Below, one piece after another: positions 52,811-62,628 of a DNA stretch of 64,000 bases. A program made the position numbers and the translations under genes. The notes under the pieces were generated by a model. That model searched no databases. It saw nothing but the letters and a program-made list of their open reading frames with translations, and had not been told where the DNA came from. Position 1 is the stretch's first letter. Each line of letters starts with the position of its first letter. This DNA is from Bacteroidales bacterium (lineage in GTDB: Bacteria; Bacteroidota; Bacteroidia; Bacteroidales; UBA932), in NCBI GenBank assembly GCA_017558775.1, contig JAFYTP010000075.1, positions 2,228 to 66,227 on the forward strand, in the 5' to 3' direction.

Positions 52811-55800
52811 CTATTCGGTCACTTCCATCGAATCGATGGAGGGAATGTCCTCTTCTTCAGGGATCGAGCTGCCCGTGACGACGTTGATGAGGAGGTCAAG
52901 GGAGTCGAGGATCTTGTCGGAGAGGTCCTTGTCGCCGTACTGCTTGAAGACGTCGGACAGGTAGAGGAGGCAGCGGTGGCAGTTCTCGAAGTTCGTGGGA
53001 GCGTAATCGAAGAATTCCAGGTAGAAGCGGGAGGAATCCAGCAGGGAATCCGCCATCTTCAGGCCCAGTTCACGGGCCTTGTCCTTATCGCCCAGGTAGT
53101 AATAGTTCTCCACCATCTGGATGACCATGTAGTCGTTGCCCGAGAAGCCGAGCGGAATGCTTTCCAGCGGGAAATTCTCCTCCGGGAACGCCTCCTGGCT
53201 GCGGTTCATGATGTCCAGGGCCTTCTCGTTTTCGCCCGCGTCGATGAGGGCGTTCGCGACGGTCAGGAACATCTGGCGCTGGGAAAGCACGCCCAGGAAG
53301 GTGTACATGTTCTGGTAATCCACGAAATAGTCCTTCCGGCTGAGGGCGTCCCACTTGTAGGTGCCGTCCGTCATCTTCTCGTACAAGGCCACGGCATCGA
53401 CCTTACCGGCGTCGGTGTTGCCGATCTTGTTCTTGATGGGGACGAAGCGGTAGGAGAAACCGTCGTACATCAGATAATCCCGGATGCCGATGTTCAGGTC
53501 ACCGCCCATGTTCAGCAGGTGCAGCGGACGGTCCCACTGGTAGTTGGACAGGAGGTCCAGCATGAAGAGCTCCGGCTTGGACAGGTAGCTCTTGTCCTCG
53601 GACATCGAGAGGGTGATGGCCTCGGGGATCTCGTCGGCCATGGACTCGGGGACGATGCCGTACTTGAGGCAGTTCTCCTTGTTCACCGGGATGACGATCT
53701 TGCGGGCGCAGATGAAGTCCACCTTGCGGCGGGAGGTCAGTTCCACCTTCATCGCGGGATCCTTGAACACGTCCATCACGTCCTGGATATGCATCGGCGA
53801 GCCGTCGTCATAGGCGATGAAGACATACTCGTTCGTGCCGTACAGGTACTGCGACTGCGGGACGGTCAGCGGCAGGGGCTTGGACTCGTTGCAGGCATAT
53901 TTCATCTGGTCGATGTACCAGTCGGTGCCCAGCAGGGAGGTGTTCACCACGCGGACGTCCGTGCGGAAGCCCTCGATTTCCTGCGCATACCAAAGCGGGA
54001 AGGTATCGTTATCGCCATGGGTAACGAGCATACCGTTCGGGCCCACGGAATTCAGGTAGTTCTCCGCCATCTCCGTAGAAGTAAAGCGGTTGGAGCGGTC
54101 GTGATCGTCCCAGTTCTCCTCCGCCATCAGCGCGGGAACGCCAAGGCAAAGGACGGAAGCACCCACGGCAACGGCCTTGGTGGCCTTGCCCTTGGTAGCG
54201 TCGTTGAGCCACTCGTACAGGGTGGCGACGCCGAGGCCGATCCAGATGGCGAACATATAGAACGAGCCGGCATAGGCATAGTCCCGCTCACGCACCTGAT
54301 AAGGCGGCTGATTGAGGTATAGGACAATGGCAATGCCCGTCATGAAGAACATCAGGAACACGATCCAGGAGCCGCGTTTGTCGCGGTCGAACTGGAACAC
54401 GAGGCCCAGGAGACCCAGCAGCAGCGGCAGGAAGAAATAGTGGTTCTTGCCCTTGTTCTCCGCGAGGACGGCCGGAGCATCGCGCTGGTCGCCGAGGCGG
54501 AGCCGGTCGATGAAGCCGATGCCGCTCTCCCAGTTTCCGTAGAAGAGTTCGCCCGGGACCGGGCTGTGGATCTCGTTCTGGCGGCCGACGAAGTTCCACA
54601 TGAAATATCGCCAGTACATCCAGTTGAGCTGATAGTCGAAGAAGAAGCGGAGGTTCGCGCCGAAGGTGGGCTTCTTGTGCGTCGCGCCCTTCACGCGGAT
54701 GCCCTTGCCGTTCATGTAGGTCTCGTAGAAATCGACATAACTCTGGCTGGCGTTGGACCACATGCGGGGGAAGAACATCTTGCCCTCCGGGAGGTAGTCG
54801 GCGTCGGCGGGCGCCTCGGCATGGACATATTTCCCGTCCAGCGGAGCCCAGTACTTGCCCGTCTTGAGGTCATACGGGGCGTCGAAATACTGGCCGTACA
54901 GGAGCGGCGTGGAGCCGTACTGCTCGCGGGAAAGATACCGCACAAGTGTATAGGCGTTGTCCGGCTGGTACTCGTTCGTCGGGGTCTTCACCGAGGAACG
55001 GATGATGACGATGGAGAACAGCGAGAAGCCGATCACCAGGGTGGTGACGCAAAGCAGCACCGTGTTCCAGAACACCTTCTCCTTCTTGAGCGTATAGAAC
55101 AGCGCCCAGAAGCAAAGGGCCAGGAGGGCCACCATGAAGAAGAGCGAGCCGCTGTTGTACGGCAGGCCGAACCCGTTCACGAAGATGCGGTCGAAGAAGG
55201 CAGCGAGCTTCGGGAGGTACGGGATGAACAGGAACACCAGGAGCGCCTCGATCACGACACCGATGAGGAAGATGCCCAGGAGCCGCTTGAAAGGCAGTTT
55301 CTTGTCCTCGTTCTTCCGGTAGTAGTACATGAAGACGAAGGCCGGAATGGTGAGGAGGTTCAGCAGGTGGATGCCGATGGAAAGGCCCATCAGGAAGGCG
55401 ATCAGCACGATCCAACGGTTCGCGTGGGGCTCGTCGGCCCCCTCGTACCACTTGCACATCGCCCAGAAGACGACGGCCGTCACCAGGGACGACATCGCGT
55501 ACACCTCGCCCTCCACCGCGGAGAACCAGAAGGTGTCGGAGAAGGTATAGGCCAATGCGCCCACGGCGCCGGCGCCGAAGATGGCGATGGCCTGCGCCAC
55601 GCTATATTCAGATGGCCGGTCGGAGCCGGCCATGACGGACGAGCCCGGCTTGACCAGCCGCTTCGCGAAAAAGACCGTGGTCAGGTACAGGAAGAAGATG
55701 GTGAGCGCCGACAGGATGGCGTTCATCGCGTTCACCGTCACGGCCGCCTTCTCCGGCGGTACGGGAATGGTGAAGATACGCGCAAACAGCTGGAACACCG

Positions 55801-55969
55801 GGTTTCCCGGGGGGTGTCCCACCTCCAGCTTGTAGGAAGATGCGATGAATTCACCGCAGTCCCAGAAGGAGGCGGTGGGCTCTATGGTGGAGAGATACGT
55901 GACGGCGGCGACCACGAAAACGGCCAGCGCGACGATCAGGTTCCACAGGTTGAATTTCTTCTTATCCAT
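52811..55969 (-). CDS. DUF2723 / TMEM260-like GT-C membrane glycosyltransferase
   Basis: Motifs SFWDCGEFI, VGHPPG, FWFSAVEGEVY, RERDY and GDNDTFPLWY, with many TM segments. Promoter TACCTTTG at 55992-55999. Confidence 0.88.
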   Translation of the reverse strand: MDKKKFNLWNLIVALAVFVVAAVTYLSTIEPTASFWDCGEFIASSYKLEVGHPPGNPVFQLFARIFTIPVPPEKAAVTVNAMNAILSALTIFFLYLTTVFFAKRLVKPGSSVMAGSDRPSEYSVAQAIAIFGAGAVGALAYTFSDTFWFSAVEGEVYAMSSLVTAVVFWAMCKWYEGADEPHANRWIVLIAFLMGLSIGIHLLNLLTIPAFVFMYYYRKNEDKKLPFKRLLGIFLIGVVIEALLVFLFIPYLPKLAAFFDRIFVNGFGLPYNSGSLFFMVALLALCFWALFYTLKKEKVFWNTVLLCVTTLVIGFSLFSIVIIRSSVKTPTNEYQPDNAYTLVRYLSREQYGSTPLLYGQYFDAPYDLKTGKYWAPLDGKYVHAEAPADADYLPEGKMFFPRMWSNASQSYVDFYETYMNGKGIRVKGATHKKPTFGANLRFFFDYQLNWMYWRYFMWNFVGRQNEIHSPVPGELFYGNWESGIGFIDRLRLGDQRDAPAVLAENKGKNHYFFLPLLLGLLGLVFQFDRDKRGSWIVFLMFFMTGIAIVLYLNQPPYQVRERDYAYAGSFYMFAIWIGLGVATLYEWLNDATKGKATKAVAVGASVLCLGVPALMAEENWDDHDRSNRFTSTEMAENYLNSVGPNGMLVTHGDNDTFPLWYAQEIEGFRTDVRVVNTSLLGTDWYIDQMKYACNESKPLPLTVPQSQYLYGTNEYVFIAYDDGSPMHIQDVMDVFKDPAMKVELTSRRKVDFICARKIVIPVNKENCLKYGIVPESMADEIPEAITLSMSEDKSYLSKPELFMLDLLSNYQWDRPLHLLNMGGDLNIGIRDYLMYDGFSYRFVPIKNKIGNTDAGKVDAVALYEKMTDGTYKWDALSRKDYFVDYQNMYTFLGVLSQRQMFLTVANALIDAGENEKALDIMNRSQEAFPEENFPLESIPLGFSGNDYMVIQMVENYYYLGDKDKARELGLKMADSLLDSSRFYLEFFDYAPTNFENCHRCLLYLSDVFKQYGDKDLSDKILDSLDLLINVVTGSSIPEEEDIPSIDSMEVTE
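55610..55636. repeat. 27-nt REP-like palindrome inside the DUF2723 CDS
   Basis: Minus strand GTCATGGCCGGCTCCGACCGGCCATCT (stem ATGGCCGG/CCGGCCAT), encoding VMAGSDRPS. Confidence 0.6.
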
Positions 55970-56026
55970 GTACGCTTCGTTCAATAACCTACAAAGGTAA
56001 TAATAAATCCGGCAAAGGGCAAACCG

Positions 56027-56725
56027 CTACCGTACCCCGACGAACATCCGGCAGAGGCCGAAAGTGAAGGTGCGGAAGCGCACGGCGGTGAAGCCCGCCT
56101 GCTCCATCATCCGGCAGAAGTCCTTTGGAGCCGGGAAGTTATGGACCGATGCGGGAAGGTACCGGTACGCGGATTTGTCGCCTGAGACAGCGCCACCGAT
56201 CGCCGGCAGCAGATGCGTGAAATACAGGTCGTAGGCCCATCGGACCACCCGGTTCTGCGGGACGGAAAGCTCCAGGATGACGGCCTTCCCGCCGGGCTTG
56301 AGGACACGCAGGAACTCCGCCAGTCCCTTCTCCTTATGCTCGAAATTCCGGATGCCGAACGCGCAGGTGACGCGGTCGAAAGCGCCGTCCCCGTAGGGCA
56401 GCGCCTCGCCGTCGGCGACCTTCAGGTCGATGCGGCCGGCAACGCCCGCTTTCTCCGCCTTGCCCCGCACCAATGCCATCATTCCTTCGGAAATATCGAC
56501 ACCGGTAACGGTTGTTCCCTCCCCGGCTGCCTTGGCAATCGAGATGGTGGAATCCCCGGTTCCGCAGGCGACATCCAAGATCCGCTGCGACGTGCCATCG
56601 ACAATCTCTTTCAGCGCATGGCGACGCCACAGCTTGTCGACATTCATCGACAAGACATGGTTCAATTTGTCATAGCTCGGGGCGATGCTGTCGAACATCT
56701 CCCGCACCTTCTCTTTCTTGGGCAT
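56027..56725 (-). CDS. ubiE: Demethylmenaquinone methyltransferase UbiE/MenG
   Basis: Motifs MFDSIA..YD.LN, LDVACGTGD, FGIRN, RVLKPGG and AY.YLP.S. Confidence 0.93.
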   Translation of the reverse strand: MPKKEKVREMFDSIAPSYDKLNHVLSMNVDKLWRRHALKEIVDGTSQRILDVACGTGDSTISIAKAAGEGTTVTGVDISEGMMALVRGKAEKAGVAGRIDLKVADGEALPYGDGAFDRVTCAFGIRNFEHKEKGLAEFLRVLKPGGKAVILELSVPQNRVVRWAYDLYFTHLLPAIGGAVSGDKSAYRYLPASVHNFPAPKDFCRMMEQAGFTAVRFRTFTFGLCRMFVGVR

Positions 56726-56958
56726 CAGGGAACGGGATCATAGCCGCTTCCGCCCCAGGGATGGCAGCGGAGGAGGCGGCGGACAGTGAGATAGAGGCCC
56801 TTGAAGGGGCCGTGCTTGCGGAAAGCCTCGAGGGCGTATTGGGAACAGGTGGGCGTGAAACGGCAGGCCGGCGGCGTGAACGGACTGACGCAGACCTGAT
56901 AGAACTTGATCAGGAAAACGAAGGGAAAGATCAGTATGTTCTTGAGCCAGGACGGCAT
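56725..56958 (-). CDS. yidD: Membrane protein insertion efficiency factor
   Basis: [10 protein letters not shown] and [14 protein letters not shown]. Confidence 0.95.
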   Translation of the reverse strand: MPSWLKNILIFPFVFLIKFYQVCVSPFTPPACRFTPTCSQYALEAFRKHGPFKGLYLTVRRLLRCHPWGGSGYDPVP

Positions 56959-56959
56959 A

Positions 56960-57319
56960 TCACGCGGAAACTTGCTGGGCGGCGGCCGTCAGGGCCGCGG
57001 TCATCGACGCATAAACATCCTCGAAAGGAAGCACCTCCCGGGAAATGTAGACGAAGGCGATGTCCATGCCGGCCGGAAGAAGTTCCTTCTGGAGGCGGTA
57101 GGACTCGCGGATGCGGCGTTTCAGGAGGTTGCGCTTGACGGCGCGCTTAAAACTGCGCTTGGGGACGGAAATGAGGATGCGGGACACGGCGTCGCCGTCA
57201 TCCCGCATAAGACACTTATAGCGCAGGCAGCCTGCGACGCTCCCCTTCCCATGCTCCATCAGCTCTGCAATGGCCGTCTTGCCGCAGAGCCGCTCGGACT
57301 TGGAGAGGGTGGCCGCCAT
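56960..57319 (-). CDS. rnpA: Ribonuclease P protein component
   Basis: KSERL and [25 protein letters not shown]. Confidence 0.93.
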   Translation of the reverse strand: MAATLSKSERLCGKTAIAELMEHGKGSVAGCLRYKCLMRDDGDAVSRILISVPKRSFKRAVKRNLLKRRIRESYRLQKELLPAGMDIAFVYISREVLPFEDVYASMTAALTAAAQQVSA

Positions 57320-57325
57320 GGCGGC

Positions 57326-58069
57326 TTACTGCTGCTTCTCGAGGTACAGTTCGATGGCGCGGGCCACGGACGGAACCTCGGGAGAGGGGGCCTTCACTTC
57401 GATGGAAAGACCGGCTTCCTCCATCGCCTTGACGATGGAGCGGCCGTAGGAGACGAACTTGATGGAGCCCTGCTCGAATTCCGGGAAATTCTCATGCAGC
57501 GACTTGACATCGGCCGGGTTGTACAGGACGATCATGTCGTAAGCGTGCAGGTCCACACCGGAAAGGTCCTGGCTCACGGACTTGACGAACACGCCCGTGG
57601 AATAGTCCAGACCCTTCGCGTCGAAAAGACGATACAGCGTCTCATTATTGGAATTGTCGGATGCCGCGATCAGGAATTTCTCGCCCTTGTGCTTGGGGCC
57701 GATGAGCGCGACCACGCTGTCGGGCGTGCCGGTTCCGAAGAAAATCTTGCGCTTGCGGTAGACGATATGCTTCTGAAGGTACATCGCCACTACCTCGGTC
57801 GTGCAGAAATACTTCATCGTCTCGGGAATCTTGCACCGCAGTTCCTCCGCCAGCGTGAAGAAAGCGTCGATGGCGTGGCGGGAAGAGAAAACGATGGCCG
57901 TATAATCGAGAATATTGATCCGCTGCGCCCGGAACTCCCGGGAGGACAGCGGCTCGATCAGGAAGAACGGGCGGAATTCGAATTCCACCCCGTACTTTTC
58001 CGTGATGGCCTGGTAGGGCGTAAGAACACGGGGCGTGTTCTGGGAAATAAGGATGTTCTTGACTGTCAT
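57326..58069 (-). CDS. hemD: Uroporphyrinogen-III synthase (HemD family)
   Basis: ILISQ, FRPF, FSSRHAID and YLQK.I.YRKRK, plus conserved Bacteroidetes synteny. Confidence 0.85.
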   Translation of the reverse strand: MTVKNILISQNTPRVLTPYQAITEKYGVEFEFRPFFLIEPLSSREFRAQRINILDYTAIVFSSRHAIDAFFTLAEELRCKIPETMKYFCTTEVVAMYLQKHIVYRKRKIFFGTGTPDSVVALIGPKHKGEKFLIAASDNSNNETLYRLFDAKGLDYSTGVFVKSVSQDLSGVDLHAYDMIVLYNPADVKSLHENFPEFEQGSIKFVSYGRSIVKAMEEAGLSIEVKAPSPEVPSVARAIELYLEKQQ

Positions 58070-58090
58070 ACTTCTGTTTCTACACTAACC

Positions 58091-58795
58091 TCAAAGAACC
58101 GCCGCCGGAACGACCAGTATCGCGGCCGGTAGCAATTCGAGGGCGCAAAGGTACAAAAAAGTTGTCAAAGGTTTGCAACTCAGAGATAAAATTTGTCCTC
58201 TGCGCAGCAGATACAGCAAAAATAACGCTCCCGTTTCTACAAAAAGTACCGTCCGGACCGTCGAATCCGGAAGGCGGATGATATAGCAGACGGCCACCGA
58301 GACGAGGGCCAGCATCATCAGCAGGATGAAGAAAGTATACCCCGTCCGGTACGCCTTCTGGTACTCGTCGTATCGGCGCCGCGGCTTGAGCCACCGGTAC
58401 AGCAGAAACCGGACGATGAGATAGGTCAGGAAGAGTCCCGCCACTGCCAACAGGCGGAAATCCGGAGAAAGCGTGTTCAGGATGTCGGCGTCCACCAGCC
58501 GGTACCGGTAAATCAGGAGGATGGCCGGAATCAGGAAGACGGCGGCGACGAGGTTCCGGTCGCGGCTCACCCGGACGCTGTTCTCCAGGGCCGCGCTCCC
58601 GCGGGCGCGCAGGATATTATCGGACAGGTACGGAAGGACGTTGAGGAAACTCCGGAGCGCGAGTAGGAACAGCAGGACGGAAACCGCCACGAGAAGGGAG
58701 GCGATCATCGACAGGCCCTCCCCCGCCTCCGTCAGGGCGGCAGGCGGTGCGTCCGGGAGGAGCAACTGTCCTGTCTGGAAGGGATCGTACTGCAT
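58091..58795 (-). CDS. DUF4271 membrane protein
   Basis: Multiple TM segments, C-terminal FLYLCALELLP, upstream of hemD. Confidence 0.8.
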   Translation of the reverse strand: MQYDPFQTGQLLLPDAPPAALTEAGEGLSMIASLLVAVSVLLFLLALRSFLNVLPYLSDNILRARGSAALENSVRVSRDRNLVAAVFLIPAILLIYRYRLVDADILNTLSPDFRLLAVAGLFLTYLIVRFLLYRWLKPRRRYDEYQKAYRTGYTFFILLMMLALVSVAVCYIIRLPDSTVRTVLFVETGALFLLYLLRRGQILSLSCKPLTTFLYLCALELLPAAILVVPAAVL

Positions 58796-59139
58796 CAGTT
58801 ACCGCGTTTTGCGTTATAGCCCATATCCTTGAGGAGAGCGACGACTTTGTCCCGGAGGTCGCCCTGGATGGTGATCTCGCCGTCCTTGGCGGTGCCGCCC
58901 ACCCCGCACTTGGTCTTCAGGGTCTTGCCGAGTTCCTTCAGGTCGTCGGCCGTGCCCACGAAGCCGGTCACGAGGGTGACCTGCTTGCCGCCGCGGTTCC
59001 GGCGGTCGATGGAAACGATGAGCCGCTGTTTCGCGGGCGGGAGCGTCTCGGCCTCCGCCTCTTCGGGCGTCTCATACTGGAAGTCCGGGTTCGTGGAATA
59101 GACGACGCCCAGACGCGATTTCCAATCGTTGTCTTTCAT
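58795..59139 (-). CDS. SUI1/YciH translation initiation factor
   Basis: VVYSTNPDF, RGGKQVT, LKTKCGVGG and IQGD.R. Confidence 0.93.
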   Translation of the reverse strand: MKDNDWKSRLGVVYSTNPDFQYETPEEAEAETLPPAKQRLIVSIDRRNRGGKQVTLVTGFVGTADDLKELGKTLKTKCGVGGTAKDGEITIQGDLRDKVVALLKDMGYNAKRGN

Positions 59140-59145
59140 AGTGTG

Positions 59146-61581
59146 TCAATCGTTTCGTCCGGCGGCGTCCACCATACCCTTGACGTGGGCGTTGAAGGCG
59201 GAGGCGCCGATGAGGGATTCAAGGGTGCAGTGCATCCGGTAGCGCCAGTAGTAGCGCGGGATGGCAGGAACATTGATGCGCTCGTCGGCCGGGTTGCCGC
59301 CGTAACGGACCACCCCGTCGGTGGCCATCCAGTCCTGCAGGGGCAGGATGGCGAGCATCGCAGGCGATTTGAGGTGGGCGCCGAGCACCAGGTCGGCCAC
59401 CCAGGGCTCGCAGAACTGCGGCGCCTCGCCGGAGCAGTGCAGCATCTGGTTGAAATACTGCTGCGTGAGGGCGCGGTCCTCCTCCCACCACGCCCGGAGC
59501 GGGCTGGTATCGTGGGTGCCGGTAGCGCAGACGCAGGAGTACGGGTAACGGGCCGGATCGGCGAAGGTGTCCTTCGGGTCCTTCGGCATCCGCTGGATTT
59601 CGAGGCTGAGGATGTCCAGGTCGGCCATCGTCTCGGGGACGCTGGCGGGAATCATGCCGAGGTCCTCGCCGCAGCACAGCATACCCGTGGTGCGCAGTAG
59701 AGCCGGAAGCTTCCGGTAGGCCGATTCCTTCCAGAACTGGTTATGCCGATGGTAGAAGAAATCGTTGTACAGCTTGTTGTACTTCTCCTTCAGCCAGTCA
59801 GGCAGCTGCGCGTAGGCAGGGGTGGACTGGGAAGAGATGCGCGGATGCCAGTAGTCCTTCCGGCGCGGGTCCTCCACGAAGAGGACGTTCGTGTCGCCGG
59901 TATTCTCCGGGTTGAAGCCCATGTTGCGGAGCTCCTCGCCGCTGTACGGCAGCGCCGGATTGAAATGGCCCATCAGGCCGCTCTTGTACGGCACCGGGAT
60001 CTCCCAGATGCGGAAGAAACCGAGGATATGGTCGATGCGGAAGGCGTCGAAGTACTCCGCCATCTTGCGCATCCGGGCCTTCCACCAGCCGAAATCGTCC
60101 TCCGCCATCTTCTCCCAGTTGTAGGTCGGGAAGCCCCAGTTCTGGCCGTCCACCGCGAAAGCGTCCGGCGGGGCGCCGGCCTGGCTGTCCAGGTGGAACA
60201 GGTCCGGATGCTGCCAGGCGTCCACGCTCTGGCGGCTCACGCCGATGGGCAGGTCGCCCTTGATGGCGACGCCCTTCTTGTGCGCATAGGCCACAGCCTC
60301 ATGGAGCTGGGCGTCAAGGAGATACTGCTCCCAGCAGTAGAAGTTCACCTCATCGACATGGGCGGCCGCGAACGCATCGGCCTTACGGGCGCTATAGGTC
60401 GCATACTCGCCCCAGGTGGAGAAGTCGCAGGTGCCGTTGAGGTCCCGGAGGACCGAGAAGACGGCGTACGGCATCAGCCATTCGGCGTTGGCGGCGAAGA
60501 AGTCGTGATAGGCCGGCGTCTGCATCACTTCCTGTCCGGACTTGGCATAGACCTTCCGGAGGAGTTCGGCCTTGGCGGCGGTCATCTTTTCGTAATCGAT
60601 CTGCGGAAGCGCCTCCAGTTCGGCCTTCAACGTCTTGTATTTCGCATCCTTGCGCACGCCGGCGGCGGGCAGGTGGATGAACTGCGGATGGAGGGCGAAC
60701 GAGCTGACGGCGTTGTAAGGATAAGAATCCTGCCAGGTGTGCGTCATCGTCGTGTCGTTGATCGGCAGGAGCTGGATGATGCTCTGGCCGGCCTCGACGG
60801 CCCAGTCCACCAGTTTCTTGATATCGTTGAACTCACCCACGCCGAAACTGTCCTCGGAACGGAGGGAGAACACGGGCACGGCCACACCGGCGCCCCGCCA
60901 GGGACGGGTGCGGAACACGGGCACGGCGTCAGTGATCTCCAGGTGGCAGCCGGCGGCGGGCAGTTCGGCGAAGAAGTGGTTCGCCCCCTCTTCCCAGACA
61001 ATGGGTTCGCGGGTTTCCGTGTCCACGATGACGAACTTGTATTCGAAGGTCTCCTTCACGTCCAGGGCGATGCGCCAGTACGGGAAACAGCCGTCATCGA
61101 GCAGGTGGAAGACCTTCCAATCGCCGAGCGGGCCGCTGCCCGCGATGGCGACGGATTCGCCGGTCCGCACCTGCGGGACGGCGACGCGGAAGGCGACATT
61201 TCCCTTCCAGGGGGCCGTCGGACGCGGATTCCGGAAGGAAGCGCCGTCCGGGCGACGGAAGATGACGTCGCTGAACGCGGCGGCATAGAAGGTGGAATCG
61301 GAAGGCCGGTCGTTCCAGCGGTCGCGGATGACGAGGGACTCGCTCTTCTGCGGGGCGTCGAAACGGTGCGCCCGCCACTCGCGGCGGACAGTCTTCCCGT
61401 CCTTCTCCACCTCGAACGTATACATGTCTCCGTCCTTGAGATTCCTCCCCGTCAGTTCCTTCTGCCACATATTGGCATACGCCGGATCCATCGGATACCT
61501 TCTTTTCCCGATGCGGAGCACCAGGCTCTCGCCCCAGTGGGTATGATACTGAAGTGTGATTCGAATATTCATGTCGGTCAT
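59146..61581 (-). CDS. malQ: 4-alpha-glucanotransferase (GH77 with CBM20, DPE2-like)
   Basis: Motifs AGVAVPVFSLR, QLLPINDT, DSYPY, KGDLPIG, GAPPD, RIDHILGFFRIW, GEDLG and THD. Promoter TAATTTTG at 61619-61626. Confidence 0.93.
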   Translation of the reverse strand: MTDMNIRITLQYHTHWGESLVLRIGKRRYPMDPAYANMWQKELTGRNLKDGDMYTFEVEKDGKTVRREWRAHRFDAPQKSESLVIRDRWNDRPSDSTFYAAAFSDVIFRRPDGASFRNPRPTAPWKGNVAFRVAVPQVRTGESVAIAGSGPLGDWKVFHLLDDGCFPYWRIALDVKETFEYKFVIVDTETREPIVWEEGANHFFAELPAAGCHLEITDAVPVFRTRPWRGAGVAVPVFSLRSEDSFGVGEFNDIKKLVDWAVEAGQSIIQLLPINDTTMTHTWQDSYPYNAVSSFALHPQFIHLPAAGVRKDAKYKTLKAELEALPQIDYEKMTAAKAELLRKVYAKSGQEVMQTPAYHDFFAANAEWLMPYAVFSVLRDLNGTCDFSTWGEYATYSARKADAFAAAHVDEVNFYCWEQYLLDAQLHEAVAYAHKKGVAIKGDLPIGVSRQSVDAWQHPDLFHLDSQAGAPPDAFAVDGQNWGFPTYNWEKMAEDDFGWWKARMRKMAEYFDAFRIDHILGFFRIWEIPVPYKSGLMGHFNPALPYSGEELRNMGFNPENTGDTNVLFVEDPRRKDYWHPRISSQSTPAYAQLPDWLKEKYNKLYNDFFYHRHNQFWKESAYRKLPALLRTTGMLCCGEDLGMIPASVPETMADLDILSLEIQRMPKDPKDTFADPARYPYSCVCATGTHDTSPLRAWWEEDRALTQQYFNQMLHCSGEAPQFCEPWVADLVLGAHLKSPAMLAILPLQDWMATDGVVRYGGNPADERINVPAIPRYYWRYRMHCTLESLIGASAFNAHVKGMVDAAGRND

Positions 61582-61695
61582 CTTTTTAGTGTCGGCCCGG
61601 ACTTTCGTCCGGCGTAAGCAAAATTAGGGAATGGGGACGGATTTCCAAAACAAACCCTTATCTTTGCGGTACGAACTGTTCAAAAAGAGCGACGA

Positions 61696-62628
61696 ATGAC
61701 ACAAGGGGAAGCGACCGTTGTCAAAAATGCCGGCAGCCACTACGAACTTTCCGCCCTCCCGGAGTGGCGGATCTTTCCCGCCGTGCTCCGCGGGCGCATC
61801 CGCCTGAAGGCCAGCCAGATCACCAACCCCGTCGCCGTAGGCGACCACGTCCGGTACGAATGGGCCGATGGGGAGGAGACCGCCGTCATCACGGAAGTGC
61901 TTCCGCGGGAGAACTACGTCATCCGGCGGTCCACGAACCTGTCGCGGCAGGCGCATATCATCGCCGCCAATGTAGACAGGGCATATATCATTGTCTCCCT
62001 GTATTTTCCGGAGATTAAACTCCCCTTCCTTGACCGCATTCTCGTCACCTGCGGGGTGTACGGCATTCCCGCCACCATCGTCCTGTCGAAAGTGGATATG
62101 TACCGGGAACTTGCGCAGGAACAAATCGACGCATTCTACGCCATCTATGAAGGGGCCGGATATCCGGTCGTGGAGACGTCCGTCGTGACCGGCGAGGGCA
62201 TCGACACCCTCCGGGCCGCCTGCGACGGGAAGGTCAATCTTTTCTCGGGCGAGTCCGGCGTGGGCAAGTCCTCGCTCATCAAGGCGCTGGACCCGGCGCT
62301 GGACCCGAAAATCGGCAAGATTTCCACCGCCCATCTGCAAGGTAAACACACCACCTCGTTATATGAAATGTACCCCCTGGCCAGCGGAGGCTATGTCATT
62401 GACTCTCCGGGGCTTCGCGGGTTCGGTCTCGTCGACCTCGAAAAGGAGGAGATCGGGAAATACTTCCCCGAAATGCTCCGCGCTTCCCAGGAGTGCCGCT
62501 TCACGCCCTGCACCCACACCCACGAACCCGGCTGCGCCGTGAAAGCGGCCGTAGACGCCGGGGAAATCTCCGCGGAACGCTACGCTTCCTACCTCGGGAT
62601 GCTTGAGGAAGACAAGAAGTTCCGATGA
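61696..62628 (+). CDS. rsgA: Ribosome small subunit-dependent GTPase A
   Basis: Motifs VGD.V, AANVD, SKVD, GESGVGKSS, GKHTT, DSPG and CRF..C.H.HEPGC. Promoter TATCTTTG at 61659-61666. Confidence 0.95.
   Translation: MTQGEATVVKNAGSHYELSALPEWRIFPAVLRGRIRLKASQITNPVAVGDHVRYEWADGEETAVITEVLPRENYVIRRSTNLSRQAHIIAANVDRAYIIVSLYFPEIKLPFLDRILVTCGVYGIPATIVLSKVDMYRELAQEQIDAFYAIYEGAGYPVVETSVVTGEGIDTLRAACDGKVNLFSGESGVGKSSLIKALDPALDPKIGKISTAHLQGKHTTSLYEMYPLASGGYVIDSPGLRGFGLVDLEKEEIGKYFPEMLRASQECRFTPCTHTHEPGCAVKAAVDAGEISAERYASYLGMLEEDKKFR

Noticed and set aside
61597-61612. CCGGAC-TTTC-GTCCGG hairpin in the malQ leader
   Set aside because: A short GNRA-type 5' hairpin with no similarity to the element families. 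Insufficient evidence for a regulatory RNA.
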